Source: Bilabrum cf. latius
Taxonomy: Eukaryota
Direction: 5' to 3'
DNA length: 64,000 bases
Assembly (NCBI GenBank): GCA_965178125.1
Contig: OZ237762.1
Coordinates: 1-64,000, forward strand
Shown: positions 24,096 through 36,600 of the stretch, piece after piece
How the letters are laid out: each line of letters opens with the position of its first letter
Position numbering within the stretch: position 1 is the first letter of the stretch
Notes under the pieces: model-generated
Told to the model about the DNA's origin: nothing
What the model saw: the letters and a program-made list of their open reading frames with translations, nothing else
The model's database searches: none
Program-made: the position numbers and the translations under genes

Positions 24096-24347
24096 CCCTA
24101 ACCCTAACCCTAACCCTAACCCTAACCCTAACCCTAACCCTAACCCTAACCCTAACCCTAACCCTAACCCTAACCCTAACCCTAACCCTAACCCTAACCC
24201 TAACCCTAACCCTAACCCTAACCCTAACCCTAACCCTAACCCTAACCCTAACCCTAACCCTAACCCTAACCCTAACCCTAACCCTAACCCTAACCCTAAC
24301 CCTAACCCTAACCCTAACCCTAACCCTAACCCTAACCCTAACCCTAA
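24096..24347. repeat. Second internal telomeric tract (CCCTAA)42
   Basis: Perfect hexamer run in the same orientation as the first tract. Confidence 0.99.
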
Positions 24348-24349
24348 AC

Positions 24350-24728
24350 TGGCCAGTGGGGGAGGTGTGTGATTGTCGGAGTGGGCAGCGGATGGCCAGT
24401 GGGGGAGGTGTGTGAAGAGCGGAGTGGGCCGCGGATGGCCAGTGGGGGAGGTGTGTGATGGTCGGAGTGGGCAGCGGATGGCCAGTGGGGGAGGTTTGTG
24501 ATGGTCGGAGTGGGCAGCGGATGGCCAGTGGGGGAGGTGTGTGATGGTCGGAGTGGGCCGCGGATGGCCAGTGGGGGAGGTTTGTGATGGTCGGAGTGGG
24601 CCGCGGATGGCCAGTGGGGGAGGTTTGTGATGGTTGGAGTGGGCCGCGGATGGCCAGTGGGGGAGGTGTGTGATGGTCGGAGTGGGCAGCGGATGGCCAG
24701 TGGGGGAGGTGTGTGAAGAGCGGAGTGG
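24350..24728. repeat. 43-bp G-rich subtelomeric minisatellite, about 9 copies
   Basis: The unit TGGCCAGTGGGGGAGGTGTGTGATGGTCGGAGTGGGCAGCGGA directly abuts the telomeric tract. Confidence 0.95.
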
Positions 24729-24770
24729 ACCTGTACCAATCCCGGAGCTACAAGATAAATCTTGACTTCT

Positions 24771-27700
24771 TCACAATCGTACGATGTCACCGTCATCAGG
24801 GTTATACTCGGAATGGCCCATGGTGCTAGACTCCCCAGGCTTAGATGCTGCCTGCTGCATACCGCTCTAGCTGTCTGTCGCCGAGGCTGAGCTTGAACTT
24901 GCTGGCTCTGCACCTTGGCTAGACGCAGAATCACGCTCACCCGATGCTAGGGTTTCCTACTCACCGGAAATTGCAGTGGTGCTGGCAGCTGGCTCGTGGT
25001 TTCGATCTGGACCACCGGAAGGGGCAGCGGCGTGTGTGTCAGAACTTGGTGGCGCGTCTGGGTGGTCCTCTTCCTCATCATCCATCGCATTTTGCTGGGG
25101 GGGCTGCTAGCTCCCATCGTTTGACCCTGCAGACTCTCTGGCCGCCTTGAAGGCCGCCTCCGCCCCTTCACCGGACCGTTCAAACTCACTAGTCGGCGGG
25201 GTGGGAGGGGCCTATGCAGCGGCTGAAGGAGCATCCTTTCCTGCATTGGCTCCCTAATCCTGCTTGGCTGCTGCTGCTGACGCACCATTCGCTTGCTTCC
25301 CAGACGCATGCCTGTACTTTTCTCTCAGCGACTTGAGCTGCTCTCTTGTCAGGGTGTCCGCCCCGAGAGCCACCAGCAGAGGCACGCCGGCATCCTCGGC
25401 CCAAGCACTGAGCTTCTCGTCCTTCATGTCTGCGCCTGCCACGTCTATCCAACCGCTTGCTGCTGCCCTCAGCGCCTCCTGGTCGCCGTAATTCAGCGCA
25501 TCCTTCTGCGGCTGCTGCTGCCCGTACGCCTTCATCAAGGCAAGGTCATGGGCCACCGCCGCTGCCCTGGCCGTGAAGAACTCGCCCACTGGGATTGGCG
25601 CGGGTTCATCCGACGGCCCACTCGACTACGCGCTGAGTCCCCCGGCTTGCACGAGTCGCTTTGGAAGCTGCAGGGAGGCCCGCCACATGCGGGTGCCCCA
25701 CTGGCCACATCGCGCCACGCCAGTGTAGGGCCAGTTGTCCCTCGCTCGTGTCGCCACGGCCGCCAGCGCCTCCTCCGACTCCTTCCTCTCCCTCTCATCT
25801 TGCTCTGCCGCCTCCTTGATGCGCTGCTCTCTCTCCTCCAAGTCTCTCTTCATCTGCTCCTCCCTCTCCTTCCGCTCCTTGGCTTCCCGCTTCGAGTCAC
25901 GCTCGGCCCGCTGTCCATGCAGCATGCTGGCGTCCTCCCTCCTCTTGGACCACACCTGTCGACTGGCGCGGGTGGCCCACACTGGGGCTCGCGGAGCGGG
26001 TGAAGCCCCTGCCTCTTTGGCCTGTCGCGGGGCCAGCACAGAGGCCCCCGCGCTGGCCTTGGCTGCCATCTCGGACGGTGGAGCCTGGGTGGGTTCCGGC
26101 GGGGGAGGGCCTAGCGCCATGTCCACCGCGGTCCGGGCTGCCCTGCCCTTTGTGGCTGCAGCCAAAGCGGACTTGGACGGAGGCTTCCCGCCCCCCCTGC
26201 CCCTGCCCCTGCCAGCCCCGCCGAGCCCATGCGCCGCCTCCACCTCCTGCTGCGCCGCTTGCTTGAGCCTGGCCCGCTCCTCGTTAGCCGCGATGGCCTC
26301 CTCGGCCCTCCACTGCTGCTCGTCGGCCACCTCCAGCAGCCGCCTGCGGTCAGCCTCCGCCGTCAGCCAGCCCTCCGGCAACTTCCGAGTCACGCGGTAA
26401 GCATCTGCGAAACTGCCCGCGTGCACTCGTGCCAGTCCGTCCTCCGCCTTGGCTTCTTCTGCGCCCCCGAAGAATGTCTCCCTGTCGTACTGAAAGTTCG
26501 TCTGCGCCCTGGGTCCCTGCAGCAGCAGCAGAGCCGTGTCTACGGCATGGGCCGCGCTCGTCTCCGACTTGAACGGGCCCAGCCATCGCTGGGTGCCCAT
26601 GCGCTCCACCAGCGCAAACCACTCCCGCTTGCCGTCGCTCCCACTGCTTGGGCCGCGGCGAACCCCCACGAACCTGGACGAACCATCCGGCACCCAGGTG
26701 CCCGGCCCGGAACTTGGGAAGGTGGGGTGGCTGCGGGCAGGCAGGTGCTCCATCGTGGGGCTGGCTGTGGCAAATCGAGGGACTTTCGGCTCTGCCACAG
26801 GGTACACAAAGTACAGAGCCTGGGCAGCAGGCGGCAGAGACGGCTGCATGGGCTTGCGGTTGGGCAGCACCCGTCGTGCGCCCCGAGGCACCTTGCCTTG
26901 GCCAGAGCCGGTCGCGTCAGGTGCGTTCACCACTGCGGAGGCTTCGTGCAGCTAGACCATTGCCGCATCACTTTGGGTCATGGTTGTCTGGCTGTAGGCT
27001 GCTGCCACAGGCTGATACTGTGCGGCAGCTGCTGCCCCAGCATAGCCACCCGGTGCACCAGCATCAAACCCACCGTCCGGTGCTGGGGCTTGATTAGCTC
27101 TTCCCCGCCCCCGACCCCTCCCCCTCCCCCTCCCTCTGCCACGCCCTCTACCCCTTCCCCTTCCCCGGGAGTTTGAATCTACGGCTCTCTTTGCATCCTC
27201 CTCCTCCTTGGCTTGCTCGGCACTCGCAATTGCCCTTGTGGACCTTGTGGCCGAGCTTCGTGTGCTGCGACGCGGCCTGCTAATTTCTTCTGAATTATTG
27301 CTTGACGCTTCCAAGCTCGGCTATTCACTAGAAGTGGGCTTTTCGGCCTCACCGAGGTCGTTGCTGTTTGATTCATCCTGATCTTGCTCTTCCCCTTCAT
27401 CCTTCGAGCCTTGCTCGTCCCTTGGATCATCGCATGCTGATATTTGCCCATCTCCTTCATCTTGAGTCGGCTAGTGTGCCTCTAGGCTCTCTGCGCTGTC
27501 GTTGCTCGCAACTTGTTTGTCGGATGCCTCTGCGTTCGTTCGTCCCTACGCGCTCGATTCCACCCTTGGCAGCTTCTACGGAGGCACACTACCACCCACA
27601 CCTAATGGATCAATTGACTGTGATTTATCTGAAGGCAGTGGCGGCGAAGCAGGTTGGTCGCCTGGCGCTTCGGCTCGATGGGCGTCGTTGGAGCCATTCG

Positions 27701-27818
27701 CCTATGTCGCCAGCCTAGCCCCCTCCTCGGTGGCATCAGGCCTAGGGCGTTTGGATCCGATGCCCTGTGTGTCTTGCTGTGCACCAGGCGGGGCAGCAGG
27801 AGTATTTGTTTCGCTCAT
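24771..27818 (-). CDS. AP2/ERF-domain transcription factor with two AP2-like domains, about 1015 aa
   Basis: Single frame from ATG 27818 to TGA 24771 through multiple TAGs. AP2 motifs: SSRFVGVRR...WLGPFKSETSAAHAVDTALLLLQGPRAQTNF and YTGVARCG...GEFFTARAAAVAHDLA. Confidence 0.82.
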
Positions 27819-28118
27819 TAGATCACACGCTGCCCTAAAGTCTGCGGCTCCCAATCAGCCCGGTCGCACCTACGAGTACCACGTGCGCAGCGCTTGCTAA
27901 GCCAGCACTCTGCCAAGTAAATATGACCCAATATTCTCAACACCCGCAAGATGCGTGTCTTCGAGTGTAATTGTCGTTCTGTCGAGGCGCCGTGGAGCGA
28001 CTCTGCTCCAGGTTCCGGATTAGCTTCGAAAGGGGGGACAAACGAAAATTGCCGAACTTGTGGGGACAGTGGTGTAGTCAATGACGTCATGTACGACACA
28101 GATCAACGATTCATGCAG

Positions 28119-30368
28119 TCATTTCCCATCATCTTCGCCCTCGACTGTCTCCGCCACGGTCTCAAGACCCTCCGCCCCCTCCATTCGGACGGCCAACTCA
28201 GCAGTTCGGCCTACCAACCACCCCTCCTCACCTGCGCCATCTTCACCCGGCGAAGTACCATTATCACTGATACCGGTCAGAGCAGTGGCGCCTTCCTCGT
28301 CTGGCCCAACACTTGCCCCGCCTGCGCCCGAACTGGCACCACTGGCACCCGAGCTGGCCCCGCCCGTGGCGGGCCCCTTGCCCTTGCCACCCCCCTTCCT
28401 CCTCTTTCCCTTCTTCTTCATCTTCCTTACGATAAGAACAGGGGGTAGCCCCGCCCCCGCTCCACCTCCCGCCGTCAGCCGCGCCCCCTCGGCGTCCTCC
28501 TCCTCCATGCCGGGCAGCGACACGGACTCCAGGTCGTACCCCAGCACCGTGTCACCCGCCCGCAATATGTTGCCCAGGTGGCTGCGCACAGTGAACCGGA
28601 TATCGTTGACACCGAAATCTCTAGCCCGAGCCACGGTCACGTCTGCCAGCAGGAACTTGCCCCTGGGCCCGCCCGTCACAGTGGTGCTCACCTCGGTGCC
28701 TGCCCCCCACACGCGGCTGCCCACCAGCACGCCCCCCATGCCGCCCTGCCCGGCACCCACGCTGCGTGCAGCCCCCGGCACGCTTGTCACCATCGAGCGC
28801 GCATCTGAGGGCACAGCATGCCTGCCCGCCCCTCTCTCTACCGCCCTGCCCCCGCCAGCCACGGACCCCGCCCCACCGCGCGCCCGCCCGCTCCTGCTCT
28901 TGCCTGCCACAGACCCCGCCACCGACTTGCTCGGGTCCGCTTCCCCCTCCAAGTCCATGTCTTCTTCTTCGCTGTCCGAGTCAACTGCGCGACGGCCCTT
29001 ACGCCTCCTCCCGCCGTGCCTCTTGGCGCGCCGCTTCTGCAGCGCTTTCTTCCGCAGGGTCCTTTGGGAGACACCGGCCCCGCCCGCGCTTGCTGCCGTC
29101 TCGTTGTCTCCAGTGGGAGCTGCCACCTCGATTGCGGCGGGCGCCACGTCAAGCACCACCATCTCAACCAAACGCGGAGACTGCAACACGGAGCGGAATG
29201 GCTCGGCGAAGTACCTCTCTCCTGTCAGCTCAGCGGTCTGCAGCGACTATGGGTCCACGAGGTGCACGTGCTGCGAGACCCGGAATACAACTGCGAGGCG
29301 CGCCATGCCGCCCAGCGTCGTGGCCGTCTTACTTGGCAGCAAGACAAGGTCGTCTTTGCAAAGAGGAGCGATGTCTACGGCATACGTGTGCTTGTAGTTG
29401 CCGACGTTTGACTTGAGATCTGCGCTTACGAGCTGCTTGGCATGCTTGTGCCTGCACGGCACCACATGCTGCAGGAAATGCAGGAATCGAGCGGCCTCGC
29501 TCTTGTCTGCGAAGAAGAAGTCGAGGCCAGCGGGTTTTGTCTCTACTCCAGTGGCCTTGTCCGCCGCACCCCGCCGAACGATCTCCTGCTCCAGCCACAA
29601 GAAGGTACGCTTGTGGTCCACGCGCTGCCTCAGCTAGATGCAGGCCTTCCAAGTGTGAATCGTGAACGAGCGCTGGCAGTCTTCGCACTACAGATTCTGC
29701 ACAACGAACGTCACTACGAAAGCCTATTGGAGCTTAACCCTGTAGTCAGTGTCTTTCTGGATGGTGAGCTTTAGCTTGATCCGCTTGCTATGCGGTTCTG
29801 TCCACACGAAGGAAGCGTCCACGAGCTTGACTTTGCTCAACCCGGGGATTTTTTTCAAGCAAAGTGTGAGCAGCTCCCGGCTCTCCCACGCAGCTGCGGC
29901 CCAAGGAGGCCGGTTGTATCGCAAGCAGTTCCGGCACTGCTGTACCACGAGGTCTCGCGGAATCCCAGACGTAATATCGACCTATGCTCGCAAGCAATCA
30001 ATGCACATATTGGCAGGATTTGGAGGAATCGGTGTACCGCACATGCAGCACAAGCTGCGCTAGAATTGGGATGAAAATACGGAAGAACGAAGCAGTTGCA
30101 CATGGGTACCAATACTCGAATCGAGAAATCACGACTAGCACAAGAGCCATACTTGCAAGAATACATGCATTTGTCTCAGAATACCACCACCACATGGTGC
30201 CCCAAAATCTCACATCGTAGCCTAGGTTGGTTTCACATGCACGGCTTCCCCACCGCCGCCGGCTCGCCTTCCTGCTGCTGCTGCAGCTCGTGCGATTGCT
30301 GCCTCTGCTGCGCTCGCGGCATCTTCGACAGGATCACTTAGTGCGTACTGTTCCACGAAGTCTGCCAT
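28119..30368 (-). CDS. NMD3: 60S ribosomal export adaptor NMD3 (one intron, 30055-30213)
   Basis: After splicing it reads ...ATILCCMCGTPIPPNPANMCIDCLRA(Q)VDIT...VDASFVWTEPHSKRIKLKLTIQK...LRQRVDHKRTFLWLEQ...YKHTYAVDIAPLCKDDLV. TAGs fall at Gln positions. Confidence 0.95.
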
Positions 30369-30466
30369 CAGTTTTCCAGACCAGTGCTTTCGTTGGTGCA
30401 CTGGGCCTGTTCCCATCACAATGGCGCCGCGCAGCTGAGCGGAACCAAAAGTTCGATGGACACTTA

Positions 30467-33400
30467 ATGTCTTCTGGCAATGAAGGCGAGCAAGATCACG
30501 GGTTGATTTCTGTGATAATTGCATGTTATAATTGTGAAAATACGATTGATACATGCCTAGCATCTGTTTATGCTCAAGAATACAGGCCAATTCAGGTTTG
30601 CATTCACGACGATGGTTCTAGTGACACTAGCACAGACTTAATCCGCCATTGGCTAAATCTGAATACTCCCGGACGTGATTCGGAGCTCAAGGCGCAATTA
30701 AACGCGGTTGTAGACACGGAGAGGGCAGGCAAAGAGGATCGCCCTGATGATGTATTAGTAGCTCTCGGAGCCTCGCGAGCTCCCAAAGAATGGGTTACTT
30801 CAGGAATTTAGATGAAAGCAAGTTTCTCGATGAAGAGGAGTGAGGATGGGATCTATCAGGCCGGGAGAGGGCCGGGGTATGCCCGTCAACGCGCGTTGAG
30901 TTTAGCCGACGGGCGCGCAGTCTTCGTGCTCGATTCAGATGATGCAATGCTTCCTGGGCGTATAGTAGCCCAGGTGGATCTGCTTTCGAGTCAGCGGATG
31001 TAGCTGATACCGACAGGTCCTGATTGGCTCGCAGGGCGTCTGCCGTCAGTGGACCAAGGGCCGACCACTGCCTCCACAGGAGGCACATGGTCTCGGTCTC
31101 TTGTCGGCACGGCAGTGCAGCGTGTGCCGGCGACAGCCACAACCAGGTACATGGACTGGGCTGAGGGCCTCAGTGACCAAGGGCTATGGCTAGAGGCCTT
31201 TCGTGAGGCCACACTTCTGCAGCCAACGTGGGGCATGCCAGTCGAGCTGATGAAGACTGCAGGCGGCTGGGTGCACGAGACGAACCGTGTCCTGGTAGGC
31301 TGTGCATCGCCTGACACCCATCGCACTGGTGCATTGATATCGGTGATGTCATCTTCTAGCAGTGCTGGTGCTGGTGCTGGTGCTGGTGCTGGTGCTGGTG
31401 CTGGTGCTGGTGCTGGTGCTGGTGCTGGTGCTTGTGCTGGTGCTTGTGCTGGTGCTGGTGCTGGTGCTGGTGCTGGTGCTGGTGCTGGTGCTGGTGCTGG
31501 TGCTGGTGCTGGTGCTGGTGCTGGTGCTGGTGCTGGTGCTGGTGCTGGTGCTGGTGCTGGTGCTGGTGCTGGTGCTGGTGCTGGTGCTGGTGCTGGTGCT
31601 GGTGCTGGTGCTGGTGCTGGTGCTGGTGCTGGTGCTGGTGCTGGTGCTGGTGCTGGTGCTGGTGCTGGTGCTGGTGCTGGTGCTGGTGCTGGTGCTGGTG
31701 CTGGTGCTGGTGCTGGTGCTGGTGCTGGTGCTGGTGCTGGTGCTGGTGCTGGTGCTGGTGATGACCCTGAGCAGGCAACAGCCCCACCCATCGTGCTGTG
31801 CCCTTCGTCAAAACCGCTCATTCGGTACCTGTTTGAAGTCGGCGAGTGCGGCAGTGGGATGGAGTGTCCCGGCCACAAGTGGGGCAGACTGCCGGGGTGG
31901 TAGACCAGGGCGTGCGTGTCGCAGTGGCACGAGGGTGTGTTGGCTAGGGCTGGGCCACAGAGCTGGTCATCTATCGCGGAGCAGCATGCGCACACTGTAC
32001 TGCAGCAGCAAGGTGATGACTAGCGGTGGCGAGCTTGGATGGGTCTAAAGCGGCCACGCCAGTCTGCGGGCGGCGCCAGCGAGCAGATTAGCAGAAAGAA
32101 GAGCAGGCTATCGCCTTCCTCGTCGTCACAACCGCACATTGAGCAGTCGGAGCATACGCATGATCATTCAGGACAGCCATCGCGACAGATGTCACCTGGG
32201 GTCAGGTAGGCCCTGGCTGTTGCAGCTCCGATGCTGCTTTATCGGACGGGCTCTCACGCAGAAGTTGGCAGCATGAGTGGGTCCACTGAGAGAGTCGGTG
32301 GGGGGCTCGATGGGAGCTCGGCAGAGAGAGTCGTGGGTCGCTTCGAGGTGTACGCAGCATAGCTCGCATTGCGCTGCGTGCTGGCGTACAACCGCCAGGC
32401 AGCTGCCCTTGAGGATGGTACTGCCCAGCAGGCCGTCCTGGAGGCACGCAAGCAGCTGGGACTCACTGGAAAGCGTCAGGCGAGACTAGCAAAGCAGAAA
32501 AGTAAAGGAACGAAAAAGGAAGGCGCACCAGCAGTCGTCGCCAGGCCGCCGACAATAGACAAGGCCAGCGACACGCACCCTGGCCCAGGGACCAGCCAGG
32601 TCGCCCGTGGCGCAGAGTCCCCCAGCGCTGGTGCCATCGGTGAGCGGGCTTGGCAGCTTTTCCAGGCGCGGTGGTCGAGGCCAGGTATGCCTGAAGACTT
32701 GGTTGCACTGCACTGCATGATCGCGGCAGGAGCAACTCTGAAGATGGCAGGACGCTGTACCGCTGTTTCGACTGCATCTGGGAGCCAGGCACCGTCATCA
32801 TCCTCGTCAGCAGCACCAGCACCAGCACCAGCGACCAGACTTGCAGAGGCATTGCGGCCCAGGGTCACCCCGCTAGTCCTGTACAGATACAGTCCTGACA
32901 GCCAGTCATGGCGCACTCCGCGCCGAGTTCTTCTCGCAGTGCGGGCGGCGGCCTTCGAGTCCAGGGTGCTCGGACTGGACTCAGCGGCTGGGGAGGCAGG
33001 GGATGCGGGTATTATCGCGCGGATAGGCCAAAGGTGGCGAGGAGGGTTTTTGATCTGGGGGGCGGGGCGCGATGGCAGCGATTTCTTCCGCAGCCTGACG
33101 CTGGCGGGGCGACAGTTGGTGCGTGGCTTCGTGGACATCGATCCCCGTAAGGTTGGCTCGCAGCATCCACTCGGGAATGCCGCGACTGCCGGTGGCAAGG
33201 GTCGCAAGGGAGGGCTGCCGATCGTCGGAGCTGCTGATGTTGTGCCGAAGAGCGATCCCGAGGCGGAAGTAGCCAGCGGGTCTGCGAGCAAATCTGGGAT
33301 GCCTGGGACATCGGAGTCAGATGACAGGCCTATGGCGAGCATAGCTGCCAGTGATGCTGCCATTGCTGCCAGTGGGGAGGGTGCCTCCATGAGATCCAGA

Positions 33401-33523
33401 TCTATCCGGACCATGCCTATCGCTGTGTGCGTGGCACTTGGCAGGGATGAGTCGGGCGAATTGGTTGAGAATCTCCGTTTGAGCCGTCGTGTGGCGGGCA
33501 AAACGATGTGGCTAATTGTTTGA
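30467..33523 (+). CDS. B3GNTL1: GT2 glycosyltransferase, B3GNTL1/QTGAL-like, with a poly(Ala-Gly) insertion; about 1018 aa
   Basis: Motifs ISVIIACYN, IHDDGSSD, GPGYARQRA, VLDSDDAMLPGRI, RYMDWA, LLQPTW, PEDL, LYRYSP, FLIWGAGRDG...FVDIDPRKVG lie in one frame through TAGs and end at TGA. Confidence 0.78.
31364..31759 (+). repeat. (GCTGGT)66 coding microsatellite encoding about 132 aa of Ala-Gly
   Basis: Direct read; two GCTTGT variant units; in frame within the glycosyltransferase. Confidence 0.97.
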
Positions 33524-33636
33524 TGCCAGTGGGGCACGGGTGCTCGCCTGCGCGTCTGGTTCCGGGTTCGGAAAATTTTGGCTTTTATCTTCGGCTCGCA
33601 CTACCGAGTCAGCCGAAGCAGAAGAATTGACTCGCA

Positions 33637-36600
33637 ATGGCAGGTTACCAAGACTCACTTTTCAGTCTTCTGGATTCGGCGCGAGCCCCACCGCCAGAGC
33701 CCCCAGTGCCCCTGCGTCGATCTTCAGGCGAGCCTGATCCGTCTTTCTTTGTACCAAATTATGACAAAATAGCCGTAGAGTTGAAGAAAGAAACGGCGTC
33801 TACCAGGGCTCTGGCTAGTAGAACCCGGGAAGCTTTGAGAGTAAGTGTCCTGCCAGTGCACGCTGCATGCACACTTCGAGCCGTTCAGCAGATGAGGCTG
33901 GAGTGCTGCCGCAGGCCAGTAGTTCACGAGAGCATTACTTCTGATTAATGATGTTATTTTCTTGATATCTCAGGCTATGCACGAAGCAGCAGAAGCTAAG
34001 GTGAAGGAGATCAACGATGTTGAAGCTAGAATGCAGGAGTTGACGCCCCACTTCTTGCAGCTGAAAGAAGGACTACTCAAGTCGATGTAGGATGCCCATG
34101 TGGCGGCATAGCGAGCAGCTATGGCACGGGGAGAGGTCACAAAACTGCAGGCGCTTGCGCGACGAATTGCTACTGCTAAGTCGGCTGGACCTGAAGCTCT
34201 TGCGTCCGTTGGCCACCCACAAAGCGAATCCGAAGTATTAGGCCAAGGCAGTACTCCAGATGGCTTTGTTAAGCAAGAATTCAAGCTACTGGTGCACGAA
34301 AGGGCTATCCAGCGCGCTCATGCGCTCGCACGGGAGGGAAATTTGCGAGCCGAGACCGAAGACGGCGACCGGGCACTTCGCATGAAGCGTCGGGCCAGGC
34401 ATCTCATCGCTCAGGAAAGCTCCAAAGCACACGCCCGGTACAGCATGAGAACCCTAGAACAAGCTCCGTCGCGAACAAATCAAGGGCGACTGCCCGCAAG
34501 GCTGCCTCCCTCTCTTGGGCACGTGCTGGCCGCCACCTCGAAGGGCACAAGCACTGGCACAAGCACTGTCAGTGGAGCGGGCCGCAAGCGTAAGGACAGA
34601 GATTCCGACGCAAGCCCACCTGTAAGCTTGAAGTAGGCTGTTTCACCCCAGCTTGCGGAGACGCGCGCTGAGCAAGGGGCGGAGGCAGGGAGCACCGAGA
34701 GCACAGAGGCATCTGGGTCGTCCAGCCGCCCTGGCTCAGGCATTTCATCGCCTCGATCAGAGAAAACAGATGGACCCCACAAGCCTGACGCCAAATCCGG
34801 GCATTCACGCAACTCACACGCTTCCCTTGGAAACGAGTAGATCAACAAGCGAACTCCCCCGCCGCCTCCTCCGATTCCAGCAGCTGCAGCGGGCGCCAGG
34901 GCGGGGCTAGCGGCAGTCACAGGTGCACCTCCCACAGCTGAAGCATCTGCCGACAGTCCAGCACGGCCTGGTTCAGCAGAGCACTCGGATATAGCATCGT
35001 TTGACAATGAGCCCAGCTCCAGCTTGGCAGTGTCTAGAGCACTTATCCAGGCAGGCGATGAGCGCGTCTCTTTGCCACCCACGGGGCACCAGGCGCAGGG
35101 TACAGCTGATCTCAGAAAGCCAAGCAAACCGAGAGGAATAGGACGCGGCAGAGGCAAGCCCGGGCCGCCGGACGATCTGTGGGCGGCTGTGCTCGCGCAC
35201 GAGGACGGGGCTGCGGCGGGCCAGCGACAGCGCCAGGGGGGCAGGCCAAGGGGCGGCGGGCAGGTGATAGACGCAGTTCTAGCGCGTGGGAGGCGCGGCG
35301 CGAGGCAGTCGGGAGCTCGACTGCAGGAGCCTGGGGTGGCTGCAGCGGTCGGCAGGGGCAGCCTGGGAGTGGATGATCTGCTGGATGCCTCGGAGCTGAC
35401 CAGTGCATCTCGGATGCAGTCACGCATTGAGCGACTGGAAGGGCTGGTTGCTGCGATCGACGATGGGGATGACGATGGAGCAAGCGAGGGTGAGGGAGAT
35501 GGAGAGGGTGAAGGAGCGACTCAAGGGGAGGGGCAGGGCAGCCGGTTGAGCCTAGTGTCCGCCACGAGCGGCGGCAGCGAGGGCCCAGTGGCGGTGGTGG
35601 CAGTGGATTCTCCCGGGGCAGTAGAGGAGGCCCTGGTGCTGGGCAAAGCGGGCGGAGGGCAGGTCAGGGACAGCGGCGAGGAGGGGGAGCATCTGCGCTC
35701 TACCGCCCGGGAGCTGGCGAGCAAGCTGCAGCGGTCGGCCAGCAGAGGCACAGCTGTCTCGCGGGATCCTCCGAAGCCTCCGTCGTCACCCCCTGGCATG
35801 GGCATCCATCGCCCAGGCTCCCCGCGATCCTCGCCCTCTCAGGCCAGGATGCGCAAGCCAGGGTCGCGTCACGCTCTGTCTAGGCCGGCCAGCGGATCAG
35901 GAGCTCGTTCTAGAGCCAGCCCAGACCATCCCATTGTGCAGGCAGGGCTGGCAGGCGGGTTTGGCTCGGATGAGGAGGCCAAGGCAGTAGCGGCCGGGGT
36001 TGAGCCCGCGACTCGAGTGTAGCCCAGCGAGCCAGGCAAGGTCGAGTCACCTGCACCTGCACCTGCACCGCCTCAGGCTGCCCCCCCCTCGCCTGCTCGA
36101 CCGAAGAAGCCCAGGCGTAACACGGTGATCAAGATCTAGGGCCTTGCTGATTCGCAGAGGGTTAGGGCGGACGGCGGTGTGGAAGAGCAGCTTGCTACAG
36201 CGCAGGAACCTAGTGAGAGATCGAAGCCATCGGAACTTGGAACGAGACTCAAGCCACCGAAGCCGAGTGGGTCCAATCCAATCGTGTCGATGCCTGCCTA
36301 GTCCAGCATCCAGTCAGCGCAGCCCGCCTTGGTTCCGCGCCCATCGCAGCTGCAGATCCCTAAGCCAGCTCGACGCGCGCCGAATGCAGACCCAGAGCAG
36401 GAAGCACGCTAGTCTGGGAACACAAGTGTGCACGGTACCGGGACGGGAACAGTAGATGGCTCCACCGAGGCAAGAAAAGCAGATGACTCTGTCGAGAGCA
36501 TGGACGATACACCTGCACAGCAACCGGCACCGGAAGCACCGACGAGCAGTGGCGACAATGGCGGCAGCAGCAGTCAACGAGCCAACAGCACCAGTGGTCC

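Noticed and set aside
31356-32048. Poly-HQ, poly-LV, poly-CW and poly-PA ORFs
   Set aside because: They are alternative frames of the (GCTGGT)n microsatellite; only the Ala-Gly frame is continuous with the glycosyltransferase.
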